Positions 36,331 through 46,543 of a stretch of DNA of 64,000 nt are shown piece after piece. The translations under genes were made by a program, and so were the position numbers. The stretch lies in the sequence record NC_071015.1; one strand, written 5' to 3'. Under the pieces are notes generated by a model. That model did not search any database, was not told the DNA's origin, and saw nothing but the letters and a program-made list of their open reading frames with translations. Every line of letters begins with the position of its first letter. Positions within the stretch are counted from its first letter, which is position 1.

Positions 36331-37068
36331 TTATTCTACATAATCGAATATGGTTTTCGGATATGGTACCCAGGTTATTTTACCACCTTGAGTCACGTTC
36401 AATTTTCCAATTAAATTGATCAGCTCTTCGCTTTTCATTTCAGGAGGAAGTTCTTCTTCACTCTTTGCCAGCACATCCGGAACAATGAACCGTGTGTTCG
36501 TTTGCTGCGATGTGACGTAGTTATCCCAATAGGTCTTATAGTCCGGAGAGTTTAAGAACCCATACAGGAACACATAGTGGTATGAGTGAAGGACCGCTGG
36601 AAGAATTTCTTCATGCGGGATTGATACAAAAGATAGAGAGATGTTAAATGGAACCGCACCCCGAATGACTGAGTTTAATTCCTGTAACATATCATCAGAG
36701 AGCTCGTAAGGAAATAAATTGACCGTCAAACTGAACGTGCCAGCCGAGATCATCTGTCCTACCCCGAACTCAATCTCTCGTGCAATGCTAAAGAGATTTT
36801 TAATCAACTTGCTTGGACGAATGAAGACCTGAGTATCGTCTTCAAAGTCAGCAATGGACCGCTTAGCAAACCGTGTCCGATAAGCGGCATGGGTGACACC
36901 CAGCTCAGGCTGATTAAAGAAATCAAAGCGGCGACGTTTATAGACTTCCGCAAAATTTCGATCCCAGTCAAACTTGGTGTTCCCACTTTCCAGTGCAACC
37001 TTGGTGATGATACCACGACGAGCGTCAAACAAAGAGTCCATGTCAGTAAAACACATGATACTGTTCAT
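36331..37068 (-). CDS. conserved hypothetical protein with HAD-like N-terminal motif
   Basis: 245 aa; CFTDMDSLFD. Confidence 0.65.
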   Translation of the reverse strand: MNSIMCFTDMDSLFDARRGIITKVALESGNTKFDWDRNFAEVYKRRRFDFFNQPELGVTHAAYRTRFAKRSIADFEDDTQVFIRPSKLIKNLFSIAREIEFGVGQMISAGTFSLTVNLFPYELSDDMLQELNSVIRGAVPFNISLSFVSIPHEEILPAVLHSYHYVFLYGFLNSPDYKTYWDNYVTSQQTNTRFIVPDVLAKSEEELPPEMKSEELINLIGKLNVTQGGKITWVPYPKTIFDYVE

Positions 37069-37526
37069 TTACGAGTTCTCCGTATCGCGTTCTCCTCTGC
37101 GATAAGTTGCTTCTTCTGTTCCACTGCCAACGAGATCTGATCACGATGAACAGAGAAGAACAAAAGCAACTGCTCAGCCGGGGACAAGTCATTAAAACTA
37201 AAGTCCACTGCCGAGCCAAAGATCGGATCCTTAACAACATCGTTAAAGGAATCTCCGAACTCTTTCAATGCAGGCTTGGTGTAAGGTTGAGCAAATGCAC
37301 GTACAAACATGGTAACGAAATAGTTGTACATGTTCTTCTCATTACCCAGAGATTTGTGGAACTCATTTAAAGCAGTCTTAAATGAGACCAAGGGTGATAA
37401 GAAGATGTGGTCATTGGACTTCTCCCAGAAATTGGAGCTGTCTCTATTGACCACACATTCGTTATACAACTCCGATGCATAGAACGCTATCAGTGCATGG
37501 AGCGGATGGATTTTTGACTCTTCCAT
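37065..37526 (-). CDS. hypothetical protein
   Basis: 153 aa, coupled to both neighbours. Confidence 0.75.
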   Translation of the reverse strand: MEESKIHPLHALIAFYASELYNECVVNRDSSNFWEKSNDHIFLSPLVSFKTALNEFHKSLGNEKNMYNYFVTMFVRAFAQPYTKPALKEFGDSFNDVVKDPIFGSAVDFSFNDLSPAEQLLLFFSVHRDQISLAVEQKKQLIAEENAIRRTRK

Positions 37527-38203
37527 TAATCACGGTCCGCCAGGTTATTATCCAGATGCTGACCCCGCAGTAAGAAATGCGCCGTCTGTAACGACTTCAC
37601 ACCCGTACCCCGTTGTAGTGCAGACTCGGTAGTTGCACGACCAGACGTCAGGATGTCATTCTTATACGCACGGTAAGCACCGGCGTCACCACCACGCACA
37701 TCAGCCAGCTCTTTAGCGAGAGTAGGAAGGCCCAATGAAAGCAGAACCTGAATCTCTGGGTTAGAGATCCCCCCTGCACGAGAATCACCCGTAGGTTGTC
37801 CTGTGAGGTCTTCTACTTCATGGTCATGCTTGGATGCCCCAAACTTCTTCGCTTGTAACTGACGCTGTTTACGCACCTCAGCAATCCCGACCAATGCGGT
37901 TTCTGGAGTGGTATGTTCTAACCCTGTATCAGGGTCGGTGATGACAAGCTGTTGCTCCAGAGGGATGTCAAACTCTGCTGCCACTTTAACCATGTGATCA
38001 TAGTTGATCGTTTCAGCCATGTCAAAGTTGTCAACAAACATCGGGATAAACCCGCTGTCACAAACTCCGTTCCAGAACGCTTTGAATTGGTCGTCACTAA
38101 GACGACCAAACAGTTCGGTATAGAGTTTGTGGTTCCCTCCACCCTTGGTAAACTTCTTCGCTAAAAGAAGTACACCGTTTTCAATTTCCTTACGATTTTT
38201 CAT
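37526..38203 (-). CDS. rpoB: virion RNA polymerase beta C-terminal subunit (phiKZ gp149 / SPN3US gp218-like)
   Basis: KKFGAS...DLTGQPTGDSRAGGISNPEIQVLLSLG...ELADVRGGD aligns with the beta C-terminal TQQPLGGKA...GEMEVWAL...EMLTVKSDD region. Confidence 0.85.
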   Translation of the reverse strand: MKNRKEIENGVLLLAKKFTKGGGNHKLYTELFGRLSDDQFKAFWNGVCDSGFIPMFVDNFDMAETINYDHMVKVAAEFDIPLEQQLVITDPDTGLEHTTPETALVGIAEVRKQRQLQAKKFGASKHDHEVEDLTGQPTGDSRAGGISNPEIQVLLSLGLPTLAKELADVRGGDAGAYRAYKNDILTSGRATTESALQRGTGVKSLQTAHFLLRGQHLDNNLADRD

Positions 38204-38591
38204 TACTCAAAGTCCCGTAACCATAAATGGTAAAGGTCTTCGAGAGTTCACCTGCACAATTACCTAAAGCAGAAACGTACGGATCGTTCTCGAAGTTGGC
38301 GATAACCACCATTTCGTCGAATTGGTTCAAATGATCATCGAGACTCTTAATGAACGCCGTTTTGTTTCGATCGTCTACGTCGATCAGACTGTCGAACGGA
38401 ATACCATACCGACCACTGACAGAAATGATGCGCAGATTGCTTTCACCGGCACGTTTGGTCAAGAAGCCATTGAGCTTCGCAACGTACGCGTCTTTATCGA
38501 TTACTGTGTGCAGGAAATCCGGTTCGCAAATTACCAGAACCGAATAATCATAACTAAAATCACTCATCTTCTTTCTTATCCTTTTAGCCAA
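38190..38591 (-). CDS. hypothetical protein
   Basis: 133 aa between uvsX and betaC. Confidence 0.75.
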   Translation of the reverse strand: MAKRIRKKMSDFSYDYSVLVICEPDFLHTVIDKDAYVAKLNGFLTKRAGESNLRIISVSGRYGIPFDSLIDVDDRNKTAFIKSLDDHLNQFDEMVVIANFENDPYVSALGNCAGELSKTFTIYGYGTLSNEKS

Positions 38592-40045
38592 TAAGGCTTC
38601 TTACCATTTACAACAATTTCCATGAGTTCATAAACGGTCAAAGTGTGTTTTTTGATAAATTCCGGATTATCATGCCAGAAGTAAACTGTGTTCTCCAGGA
38701 TGTCGTCCCAATCGAGACCCTGGGCCTTGCCTTTCTCATACAGCTCAGCAGGTGTGAGTTTCCACTCTGCCGGGAAGTTTTCCCAGAACGTTTGTTCATA
38801 CCAGAGCTGCCAACAAATTTCAATAGCACGTTGAAGTTTCGGATTAGCTTCCGGACCTTCAATCATGTCACGTACGGTGGGGCGAGTAATGGATACATCG
38901 GGGAGTAATGCACAGGCATGGCGAACGGCCGAACCGGTTAAACCAAAATATGCATTGTCTTTGAGCATGTCATACATAGACAAGTTCTCAAGGATCCCCT
39001 CTGACTGACCCGCCACAAACGCAATATCACCGCCAGATGAACCAGACTTGTTACGGAATACCGTAGTAAAGTATTGGACGAGTTCTGGGTTAGATTTCGC
39101 ATTAGAAGAGATTGTGGACTCTTTGCCGCGAGGATAAGTGACAGAATGGTCAGACTGTTTCAGTACCTGACCTTTAATAATTTCAATGCCGATATGAGGC
39201 AATTTCAGCATGGCTTTTGGTGCGGCCAGCTTTTTGTTGTGACGCAGGAAGGTAGAATCTTTCTCTTTTGGCTTACCGTCCATGTTAATGACGTCAGCGG
39301 ACTGAGCGATCCAATAAGAACGTAACCCAACGCGTGGACCCAGGATACAGGTGTCTGTCATCAAAATACGACGCAGGTTACCGATCTCCATGTCACGGGT
39401 ACGTTTCTTACCGCCTTCATCCATTTCCCCTTCTTCGAACTGTTTGAACATCAGGTTGTCAAACATGACTTCGGAGATAGAATCGCATACAAAGAGAATC
39501 GGATGCATTACCTGAATATATTTCTTAGACTTCTCAGACCAGAACGGTGTATCCAGGAACAGTTGCTTGTACGCTTCCTGCTCGGCTTTGTCTTTAGATT
39601 CAGCCAGGGCATTGATGGTTTTGTAGATCTCAATAACTTTGTTATGGAGTTCAGTCCCGTCGATTCCAGCCGAGTTCGGCATGTAGTGGAAGCGCACATC
39701 TTCAATGTATTCAGCGAAGTAACCAGGAATGCCGTACAAACGGTCCACAGCTTCGGCCAGACGTGAGATGTCGAGCGTTGATTCAGTGTCTCCGTACAGG
39801 ATCACCGAGTTTTGGAAACGGAACAAAAGAGAAGCAACATCAGCAACTGTGCGACCCGTCTTTTGGGTGTTGTTGCCGCCAGCCAGGGCATTGATCGGCA
39901 TCAGACCACCGTTCTGATACCAAACCCCATTTTTCCCTTTAATCATGTTAGTTGTCAACATGTCAAAAATAGGAGAAACGTTTAGCCCTATTTGTAAGTT
40001 ACTTTCTGCACCGTAGTCCTTTAAAAAATTCAAAGCGCTAAGCAT
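38576..40045 (-). CDS. uvsX: UvsX/RecA-like recombinase (phiKZ gp152-like)
   Basis: Walker A-like AGGNNTQKTG, YGDTEST, Walker B ILFVCDS; start reassigned to ATG 40045; 489 aa. Confidence 0.85.
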   Translation of the reverse strand: MLSALNFLKDYGAESNLQIGLNVSPIFDMLTTNMIKGKNGVWYQNGGLMPINALAGGNNTQKTGRTVADVASLLFRFQNSVILYGDTESTLDISRLAEAVDRLYGIPGYFAEYIEDVRFHYMPNSAGIDGTELHNKVIEIYKTINALAESKDKAEQEAYKQLFLDTPFWSEKSKKYIQVMHPILFVCDSISEVMFDNLMFKQFEEGEMDEGGKKRTRDMEIGNLRRILMTDTCILGPRVGLRSYWIAQSADVINMDGKPKEKDSTFLRHNKKLAAPKAMLKLPHIGIEIIKGQVLKQSDHSVTYPRGKESTISSNAKSNPELVQYFTTVFRNKSGSSGGDIAFVAGQSEGILENLSMYDMLKDNAYFGLTGSAVRHACALLPDVSITRPTVRDMIEGPEANPKLQRAIEICWQLWYEQTFWENFPAEWKLTPAELYEKGKAQGLDWDDILENTVYFWHDNPEFIKKHTLTVYELMEIVVNGKKPYWLKG

Positions 40046-40112
40046 TCGTACACCCTTTGTGTTAAATGTTATGAAACGTTTCGTGTTACACACTAATGGA
40101 GATTTCCATAGC

Positions 40113-40895
40113 ATGTCTACTTCAAATATTAACCACGACACTGTCGATGGGCAAGAAGCCCTGACTGTCGGGGAAAAGTTTATGTCCTTCTTTAAAGAGC
40201 TTAGTGTTGGCATTGATGCCTTTAATGCTAAGAACTTTAACAAGTCCATTCATAAAGTTGAGGGAATCCAAATCTGGAAAAATCTCAGCGACAAGAATGT
40301 TTACTTCTCTGTCTCTACCAAACATATCCCCGTCCCAGTATTCTTTAACTCGGACAAGATTTCGTTTAAAGAGTACGTAGAATTCGTGCTGAAAGCCGTA
40401 CCGATTCTGAAGCTGGTCGATACCCAAGCGGATATCGTTTACCGTGGTATTAAAACTGTTGCTGCAACAGGTAAAGTACCGTTCTCGTTGGGTAATGTCG
40501 ATAACACCATTAAGATCAACGAGACACGCGCTCAGTTCACTAATGTGTTCGAAGACACCCGTACCTATACCCGAGCGGTAAACCAGGTTTATAAGAACTT
40601 TGGTGAAGCCTACGAGCTGATGCAGAATTTCAACACTATCGTGGGTTCTCTGCAATCCCGCGACGTAGAATTGGTTTCTAAGCGTGTTGATCAGGTTGTC
40701 AACATCGTGAAGATCCTGAAAGCCAAAACAGAAGCCAACGAAATTGGCCTGGCTGAAAAAGAAACCCGTTTACTGAACGACACCATTTCTAACTTGGTGG
40801 ATAACGTTACCTTTGCAGGTAAGATGATTAACCAGCTTAGTGAAATGACTCGCGTCCTGCAACTGCAAACTGACGAAGCCAGAAAACTGCAATAA
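40113..40895 (+). CDS. head protein (phiKZ gp153 / SPN3US gp214-like)
   Basis: ATG 40113 after GGAG; N-terminal DGQE-AL maturation-like site; position next to uvsX. Confidence 0.65.
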   Translation: MSTSNINHDTVDGQEALTVGEKFMSFFKELSVGIDAFNAKNFNKSIHKVEGIQIWKNLSDKNVYFSVSTKHIPVPVFFNSDKISFKEYVEFVLKAVPILKLVDTQADIVYRGIKTVAATGKVPFSLGNVDNTIKINETRAQFTNVFEDTRTYTRAVNQVYKNFGEAYELMQNFNTIVGSLQSRDVELVSKRVDQVVNIVKILKAKTEANEIGLAEKETRLLNDTISNLVDNVTFAGKMINQLSEMTRVLQLQTDEARKLQ

Positions 40896-40905
40896 AATGC
40901 ATACT

Positions 40906-40935
40906 AACCTTACTGGGCCGAAACCCAGTAAGGTT
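40906..40935. terminator. bidirectional terminator
   Basis: AACCTTACTGGG-CCGAAA-CCCAGTAAGGTT followed by ATGTTTG. Confidence 0.9.
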
Positions 40936-40942
40936 ATGTTTG

Positions 40943-42094
40943 TTATGCGCGGAAAATGTGCGGTGAGTCAATCAGACCCAGACGGGTTGCAAACACACGC
41001 TCAAAGCCCTGACTGTAATCGTTGAGGATTTGATCGGTGTAACCTTGCAACGCTGCGGTCACGACTTTATTATCGTCATTACGGCCGAAGATTGCAAAGG
41101 TGTCAATGTCGATAGAATAAAGGTCTACGCCCTCTTCTTTCGGAATGCCTTCCAACAGTTTGAACAGCTTGTCGGTTTCTGCATCCAGTACTTCGAAACA
41201 CGCTTTGTTGTTCGGAGTTTCTGGTGCATCAGAACGCCAATTGTCTTTACCACCGAAAGTGATGTAGTTAACGTTTTGATCCAGGAATGCTTTCACCAGT
41301 GTCAGGTTAACCGCCAGTTCGGTGTAGCGAAGCAGTTCCGGTGCTGAATTGATCTTTTTGTTAGCAAACAGTGCCGTAACCAAACTGTTGATGTGATCCA
41401 GACGTGACTGAACTTTCTCAGCGACTTCTTTCAGATACACTTGAGCATCTGCTTCGGTAACTGGAGTACGTTCAATGACGCGTCCGTTGTTTTCGCTGGA
41501 AACCGGCGGAACTTTGTCAAAGCACAGTTCTACTTTGAAGTTGCGACCCATTTCGGTGTTGAAGGTGATAATACCATCGAAGTCTTTCACTACTTCGGTG
41601 TCAAGCGCTACCTTCTCCATACCGGAGTTGATGATCTGTGCAATCTCGCGAATGGTGATGCTGCTCGCTTTTACCAGGCCTTCCAGACGACGATCCACAG
41701 CGATGTAGTCTTCACCTACCAGAGACCAGAATGCGCTCTCTTTGTAGTACGGGTCTTCTGGATCCTGCGGGAAGGAAATAGACGTAACGCTCGGCTGCAA
41801 CCACAGCTTGCCGGAGGTGTTCATCATCTCTTCAACTTGTCGCAACGCCATGTGACCGTTTTCACCATTAACACCCTGATCCAGCATCAGCCAGAACGTT
41901 GGCAGGAAATCAGTTTTTACCAGATAGTTCCAGTTCTCGCCCAGCGATACTTTGTAACGATCTCGCCATTCCTGCTCTTCGATTTTGAAGCTCCCCGGAT
42001 TGATCACCGGTTGGTGCAGAAATTGGGAGAACATATACAGATTAAAATGGTTCTCGCTCTGGAAATCGATTTCGTGTAATTGTTGTTCTTTCAT
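40943..42094 (-). CDS. hypothetical protein, probably abundant
   Basis: 383 aa with strongly biased codons. Confidence 0.85.
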   Translation of the reverse strand: MKEQQLHEIDFQSENHFNLYMFSQFLHQPVINPGSFKIEEQEWRDRYKVSLGENWNYLVKTDFLPTFWLMLDQGVNGENGHMALRQVEEMMNTSGKLWLQPSVTSISFPQDPEDPYYKESAFWSLVGEDYIAVDRRLEGLVKASSITIREIAQIINSGMEKVALDTEVVKDFDGIITFNTEMGRNFKVELCFDKVPPVSSENNGRVIERTPVTEADAQVYLKEVAEKVQSRLDHINSLVTALFANKKINSAPELLRYTELAVNLTLVKAFLDQNVNYITFGGKDNWRSDAPETPNNKACFEVLDAETDKLFKLLEGIPKEEGVDLYSIDIDTFAIFGRNDDNKVVTAALQGYTDQILNDYSQGFERVFATRLGLIDSPHIFRA

Positions 42095-42111
42095 TCAATA
42101 GGCCTATTAAA

Positions 42112-44226
42112 ATGATGGACTTTTTTAACTTTTCACCAAGTGTTGAAAAGGTCGGTTCTTACTATGTTGTCAGCGGTATAAATTTAAACGCATTTGAAAT
42201 TGATCTGCGCACCAACTTTGGGACGTCAGTCATCTTTAACCGGATGATTGTAAAGATAAATTCCAGAAAGTTTAAAATACACCAGTTCTTCATGGTTGAA
42301 CTCGCATGGATCCTTGACCACTTCACCACCAACAAAAATAAACGACAAGTGGATCGTTATCGTGTTGGGATGTACAAGTATAAAGGCCTCTACGACGAGA
42401 TCAAATCAAAGACATGGATTGAATCTACTTTCAATACGTACGCTCCTTATAATGTCGATAAGGCATTGAAAGACTTTGTCTACAGTCCTTATCCAGATCA
42501 GCGTCAATTCCTGGATGACTATGCCCGTATTAAATTCGGTTACCAACTGAGAGGATGTCTGCTAGACGCAGAGCCTGGGTCGGGTAAGACCTTCACCAGT
42601 CTCGTCTGGTCTGCAATGATCTCTCCCTATAAGACGCTGATTGTAGTACCAAAACACTTGGTCAACAAACCGTGGGTCAATGAAATGACCAACAACTATT
42701 TCAAGAAAGCCCCTAAGATCTGGACCTCTCTTGATAACACCAATCCACTTGACCATATGGATTGTCAGTACTTCATTATCTATAAAGAGAATCTGCGTCG
42801 GGGTGAATACGACAAACTGATCAGTGCCATGAGTAAGAATGGGAAAGAGCCAATCAAAGTTATCGTGGATGAATCCCATAACTATAATGAGCATAAGTCC
42901 CAACAGACTCAAGGGTTGATCGAACTGTGTACTAACTCGTTTGTTTCTGACGTTCTGTTTATGTCAGGGACCCCGATCAAAGCACAAGGTCGTGAAACGT
43001 TTGCACTCTTTACGATCATTGATAAGTTCTTTGATAAGTTTGTTCAGGATGACTTCCTGAAAATGTACGGACGTGATAACGCCTTCTTGAACGAAATGTT
43101 GGCTCACCGTTTGGGACGTATTAAATACACCATCACGAAAATTGAAGGAATGGACAAACCACCAGAACCGATCCTGGTTCCGATCTCCTTCCCTGGGGCT
43201 GAACGGTATACCCTGTCCTCTATTCGTGCGGAGATGATGAACTTCATCACCGAACGCGTGGCGTATTACAATAAAGTGTTGCCGGACTACGTTCGTGACT
43301 GGAATGTGTTCGTTAATCATTATCGCACTTGGATTAAAGGCGACCAGTTAGAAGAGATGGAGTTGAACCAGTATGTGGAAACGGTTAACTATTTCCGCAA
43401 GCACGGGTACAATAACTTCACCGATGCTGACAAATCCAAATTCTGCCACAAGGTAGAAGCCAAGATCGAAAACGAATTACGCGGTGATGATCTGAAGTAT
43501 TTCCGTAACATCAAATCAGCCGTGAAATATGTTGGGCTGAAGATTCGCGGTGAGGCATTAGGGCGAGTGTTGTCAAAAGCCCGTATGGAAGCGGTACGTG
43601 ATATTATTCGACATGCCGATCTCCCCAGTCGTATTAATGCGGTTCAGAAGAAGACCGTGATTTATACGTCATATATCGAGGTAATTCGTGAACTCATGAA
43701 TTACTTTGAAGAAGTGGGGGTGAACTCAGCGTATGTGCACGGTGAGAACAGCAGCGAGATTGATAAAATTGTCAATCAGTTTGCAGTGGATAAGAATCTT
43801 AATCCGCTCATCACCACGTACAATACCTTACGCGAAGGTTATCCATTGGTCATGGCCAACCAGCTCATTCTGATGAATGCACCGTTCCGCTCTTATGAAC
43901 TGAAACAAACCATTGCCCGTATTTACCGTAAAGGGCAAGACGCGGAATGTTTCGTTTATATGATCGATCTGGATACGGGTGCTGAAGAGAACATCACTTC
44001 TCGCTCCATTGATATCATGGAATGGAGTAAAGAGCAGGTAGACGTTCTTTTGGGCGGTGGACGTTTACCGGTAGAAGTGTCGGGGAATACTCTTGCCGTC
44101 AAAGGAGCTTTTGACATGACTGCATTAAAAGGATTCGAGTCATACGACAATGAGTTCTTGGATGTGCATCAGCATTTCGCCCACCAGGTGTCGTTTAAGA
44201 AATTGACGGCCAACGATTTATTTTAA
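42112..44226 (+). CDS. SNF2-family (SF2) helicase/ATPase
   Basis: DAEPGSGKT, IVDESH, MSGTP, LREG, QTIARIYRKGQ. Confidence 0.92.
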   Translation: MMDFFNFSPSVEKVGSYYVVSGINLNAFEIDLRTNFGTSVIFNRMIVKINSRKFKIHQFFMVELAWILDHFTTNKNKRQVDRYRVGMYKYKGLYDEIKSKTWIESTFNTYAPYNVDKALKDFVYSPYPDQRQFLDDYARIKFGYQLRGCLLDAEPGSGKTFTSLVWSAMISPYKTLIVVPKHLVNKPWVNEMTNNYFKKAPKIWTSLDNTNPLDHMDCQYFIIYKENLRRGEYDKLISAMSKNGKEPIKVIVDESHNYNEHKSQQTQGLIELCTNSFVSDVLFMSGTPIKAQGRETFALFTIIDKFFDKFVQDDFLKMYGRDNAFLNEMLAHRLGRIKYTITKIEGMDKPPEPILVPISFPGAERYTLSSIRAEMMNFITERVAYYNKVLPDYVRDWNVFVNHYRTWIKGDQLEEMELNQYVETVNYFRKHGYNNFTDADKSKFCHKVEAKIENELRGDDLKYFRNIKSAVKYVGLKIRGEALGRVLSKARMEAVRDIIRHADLPSRINAVQKKTVIYTSYIEVIRELMNYFEEVGVNSAYVHGENSSEIDKIVNQFAVDKNLNPLITTYNTLREGYPLVMANQLILMNAPFRSYELKQTIARIYRKGQDAECFVYMIDLDTGAEENITSRSIDIMEWSKEQVDVLLGGGRLPVEVSGNTLAVKGAFDMTALKGFESYDNEFLDVHQHFAHQVSFKKLTANDLF

Positions 44227-44276
44227 TCTTACTTCCGCTCTATAAAGGCGGAATTACTTTCTTTAAAGGTATAACA

Positions 44277-45314
44277 ATGGAACAGAGTTTTGCACAATTA
44301 GCGGGTTGTGAACATGAAGTAGAAATGCTCACTGGGTTTGATGAATTGGCGGAATGCGTTGAGAACGGACTCGAACTGACACCAAGCGCGAAATACACCG
44401 ACAGTGTTCTGAAACTGCACGCTGCAGATGAAGGTATGAGCGTGGCGGGGCAAGAAGGCTTCCTGGATTCAATTAAGCGCGGTGCTATCAAAGTTTATGA
44501 ATGGATTAAGGCTTTGATCAAAGCTATTAAAGAGTGGCTCTTTGGTCCTAAAAAGAAAGAATATGACGAAGCTAAGAAAGTCATTGAGAAGGATGGTGAT
44601 CTGGTAGAAGAGGTCAGAAAACTGGGCGGTAAAGGTATTGATGGAGTTATTCATCAAGACAAGGTTAAGCTTCTCACTAAACAACTTCCATCCGACGTTA
44701 AAGTAGGGATAGATACCGCTATTAAAGAAGAAGCCAGAAACCCAACCTTTTTAGAAACATTGAAAAATGTGCGCAGCGATTTAGTAGATCAGCTGACTAC
44801 TATTTCTCTACGTCAGCTCGACATGATTGGAAACGCAATCACTGAAATCAAACGCCTTGATCCCAATGGTGAGTCTCTGAAGAAACTTGAGATCTCTCCT
44901 ATTTATCGTTCAGCAGATGAGTTACAAGAAAGCATCGATAAAGTACGCACGATCATGGGTCGGGTAAAGGATGATGGACTTCCTAAGATGATTAAAGAAA
45001 TCATCGTGATCACGGATAACGTATACATATCCATGATTGAAGGAACATCCGCGCTCAGTAAACTGAATGAACGAGCCAAAGGTAACGAAGCCGAAGAGCG
45101 TGGTTTATCTCGGACAGCCACCGTGCTTAATCACGTGGGAACCATTTCCAACGCACTACGTAACCTGGTCATCACAATTGACTCTCAGCTTGAGAAAGCC
45201 ATTTCTGTAGCTAAGAATGATCTTGTTAAGAACGCGATGCGTAATGCCAAAGAAGAAAGTTGGGCTGCCAGTGTTGACTACATTAATATCATGAACGGCG
45301 CTTTAAACCGTTAA
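44277..45314 (+). CDS. inner head / ejection protein, phiKZ paralog-family type
   Basis: Propeptide ending AGQE then GFLDSIKRGAIKVYEWIKALIKAIKEWLFG. Confidence 0.75.
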   Translation: MEQSFAQLAGCEHEVEMLTGFDELAECVENGLELTPSAKYTDSVLKLHAADEGMSVAGQEGFLDSIKRGAIKVYEWIKALIKAIKEWLFGPKKKEYDEAKKVIEKDGDLVEEVRKLGGKGIDGVIHQDKVKLLTKQLPSDVKVGIDTAIKEEARNPTFLETLKNVRSDLVDQLTTISLRQLDMIGNAITEIKRLDPNGESLKKLEISPIYRSADELQESIDKVRTIMGRVKDDGLPKMIKEIIVITDNVYISMIEGTSALSKLNERAKGNEAEERGLSRTATVLNHVGTISNALRNLVITIDSQLEKAISVAKNDLVKNAMRNAKEESWAASVDYINIMNGALNR

Positions 45315-45325
45315 CGGATATTTAT

Positions 45326-45355
45326 AACCTACTACTCCCACGGGAGTAGTAGGTT
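45326..45355. terminator. bidirectional terminator
   Basis: AACCTACTACTCC-CACG-GGAGTAGTAGGTT. Confidence 0.9.
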
Positions 45356-45362
45356 AGTTTGC

Positions 45363-46469
45363 TTATTTCATGTGTTTGCGAACTTCGTTCAGAATTTCGC
45401 GATGTGCTTTGTTAGTCAGCTGGTTCAGATTTTTAACGATAGTGATATCTGCTTCAATAAAAATCTTATCGTAATTGGTGCTGATATCCACCAAACTTTT
45501 CTGGATGCTCGCTAAGAACTTAAGATCTTTACCATGAGCAGAATCGTCGCTGTTTTTGTATTTCTCATTCAGCTTGTTCAGAGTGTCTGCCACATCCAAT
45601 GATTGTTTCTTCGCCGCACCGCGTGCCTGATTAATAGATTGGAGAGTGACACCCAACTTTTCGACTTTAAGTTGCCTTAAAGATTTTTCCAGCGCTTGCG
45701 AGCCGCTCAATTCTTTTTCAAAATTAACAAAGCCGAATTCAGATCCAATTTTACTTGGCCGTAACCTCATTAAACGGTCTAGCGCTTCATACTCTTCGCT
45801 ATTATTATGCAGGTAATGGAAAGCAATATCGCAAACGTCATCGTTAATCTTGTCAACGTTTACTTTTACAGCTTCTAAGAATTCAGCCGTAGCCGCTTTC
45901 TTTTTAGCCTCTTCTTCCAGCCGTTTTTTCTCTTCAGCTTTTGTGCTTTCTTCAAGTTCTCTGATAAACGCTTTGGCAGTGTCTTCAAAGGTGATCTGAT
46001 GGACGTTAGCTTCATCGTTCTTTTGCACAACGATTTCTTGCGTTAGCTTAGGAACTTCTTTAACCAGTTTAGCAGGTTGTGCGATGTTGTCCGTGATCTC
46101 TTTAACCACCAATCTTGGCTCAAGCTTTTTGGCAAGCTCGATTGCATCACTTGCAGCAGCGTCAGCACCTTTAGACGGTTTCCCAGTAAAGAAGTTTTTA
46201 ATGGAGATGATCAGGGCTTTAATCCATTCATAGATTTTGTTACCCGCAGCTTTAATGTGATCCAAGAAACTTTCCTGGCCCGCATAACTGCCCAGATCAA
46301 TGTTGTAAAGATTCATGACACCATTAGTGTACGCACCTTCTTCATTAATCCAGTATTTATCCCCACCCGCTTCTCTCAGGTTTTCCATTCCTGCCAGAAT
46401 GTTTAACACGTGATTTACTTCACCACGTAACGCTTCAAATCCCTCTACTTCAAAATTAACACGTTCCAT
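45363..46469 (-). CDS. inner head / ejection protein, paralog of 44277..45314
   Basis: Start ATG 46469; AGQE-SFLDHIKAAGNKIYEWIKALIISIKNFFTG. Confidence 0.75.
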   Translation of the reverse strand: MERVNFEVEGFEALRGEVNHVLNILAGMENLREAGGDKYWINEEGAYTNGVMNLYNIDLGSYAGQESFLDHIKAAGNKIYEWIKALIISIKNFFTGKPSKGADAAASDAIELAKKLEPRLVVKEITDNIAQPAKLVKEVPKLTQEIVVQKNDEANVHQITFEDTAKAFIRELEESTKAEEKKRLEEEAKKKAATAEFLEAVKVNVDKINDDVCDIAFHYLHNNSEEYEALDRLMRLRPSKIGSEFGFVNFEKELSGSQALEKSLRQLKVEKLGVTLQSINQARGAAKKQSLDVADTLNKLNEKYKNSDDSAHGKDLKFLASIQKSLVDISTNYDKIFIEADITIVKNLNQLTNKAHREILNEVRKHMK

Positions 46470-46543
46470 TTCACACCCCAAAGATAAACAAATATCATGA
46501 CAAATGATACCGTGCCATCTCTGGCACGATACCAATTTGTTTA

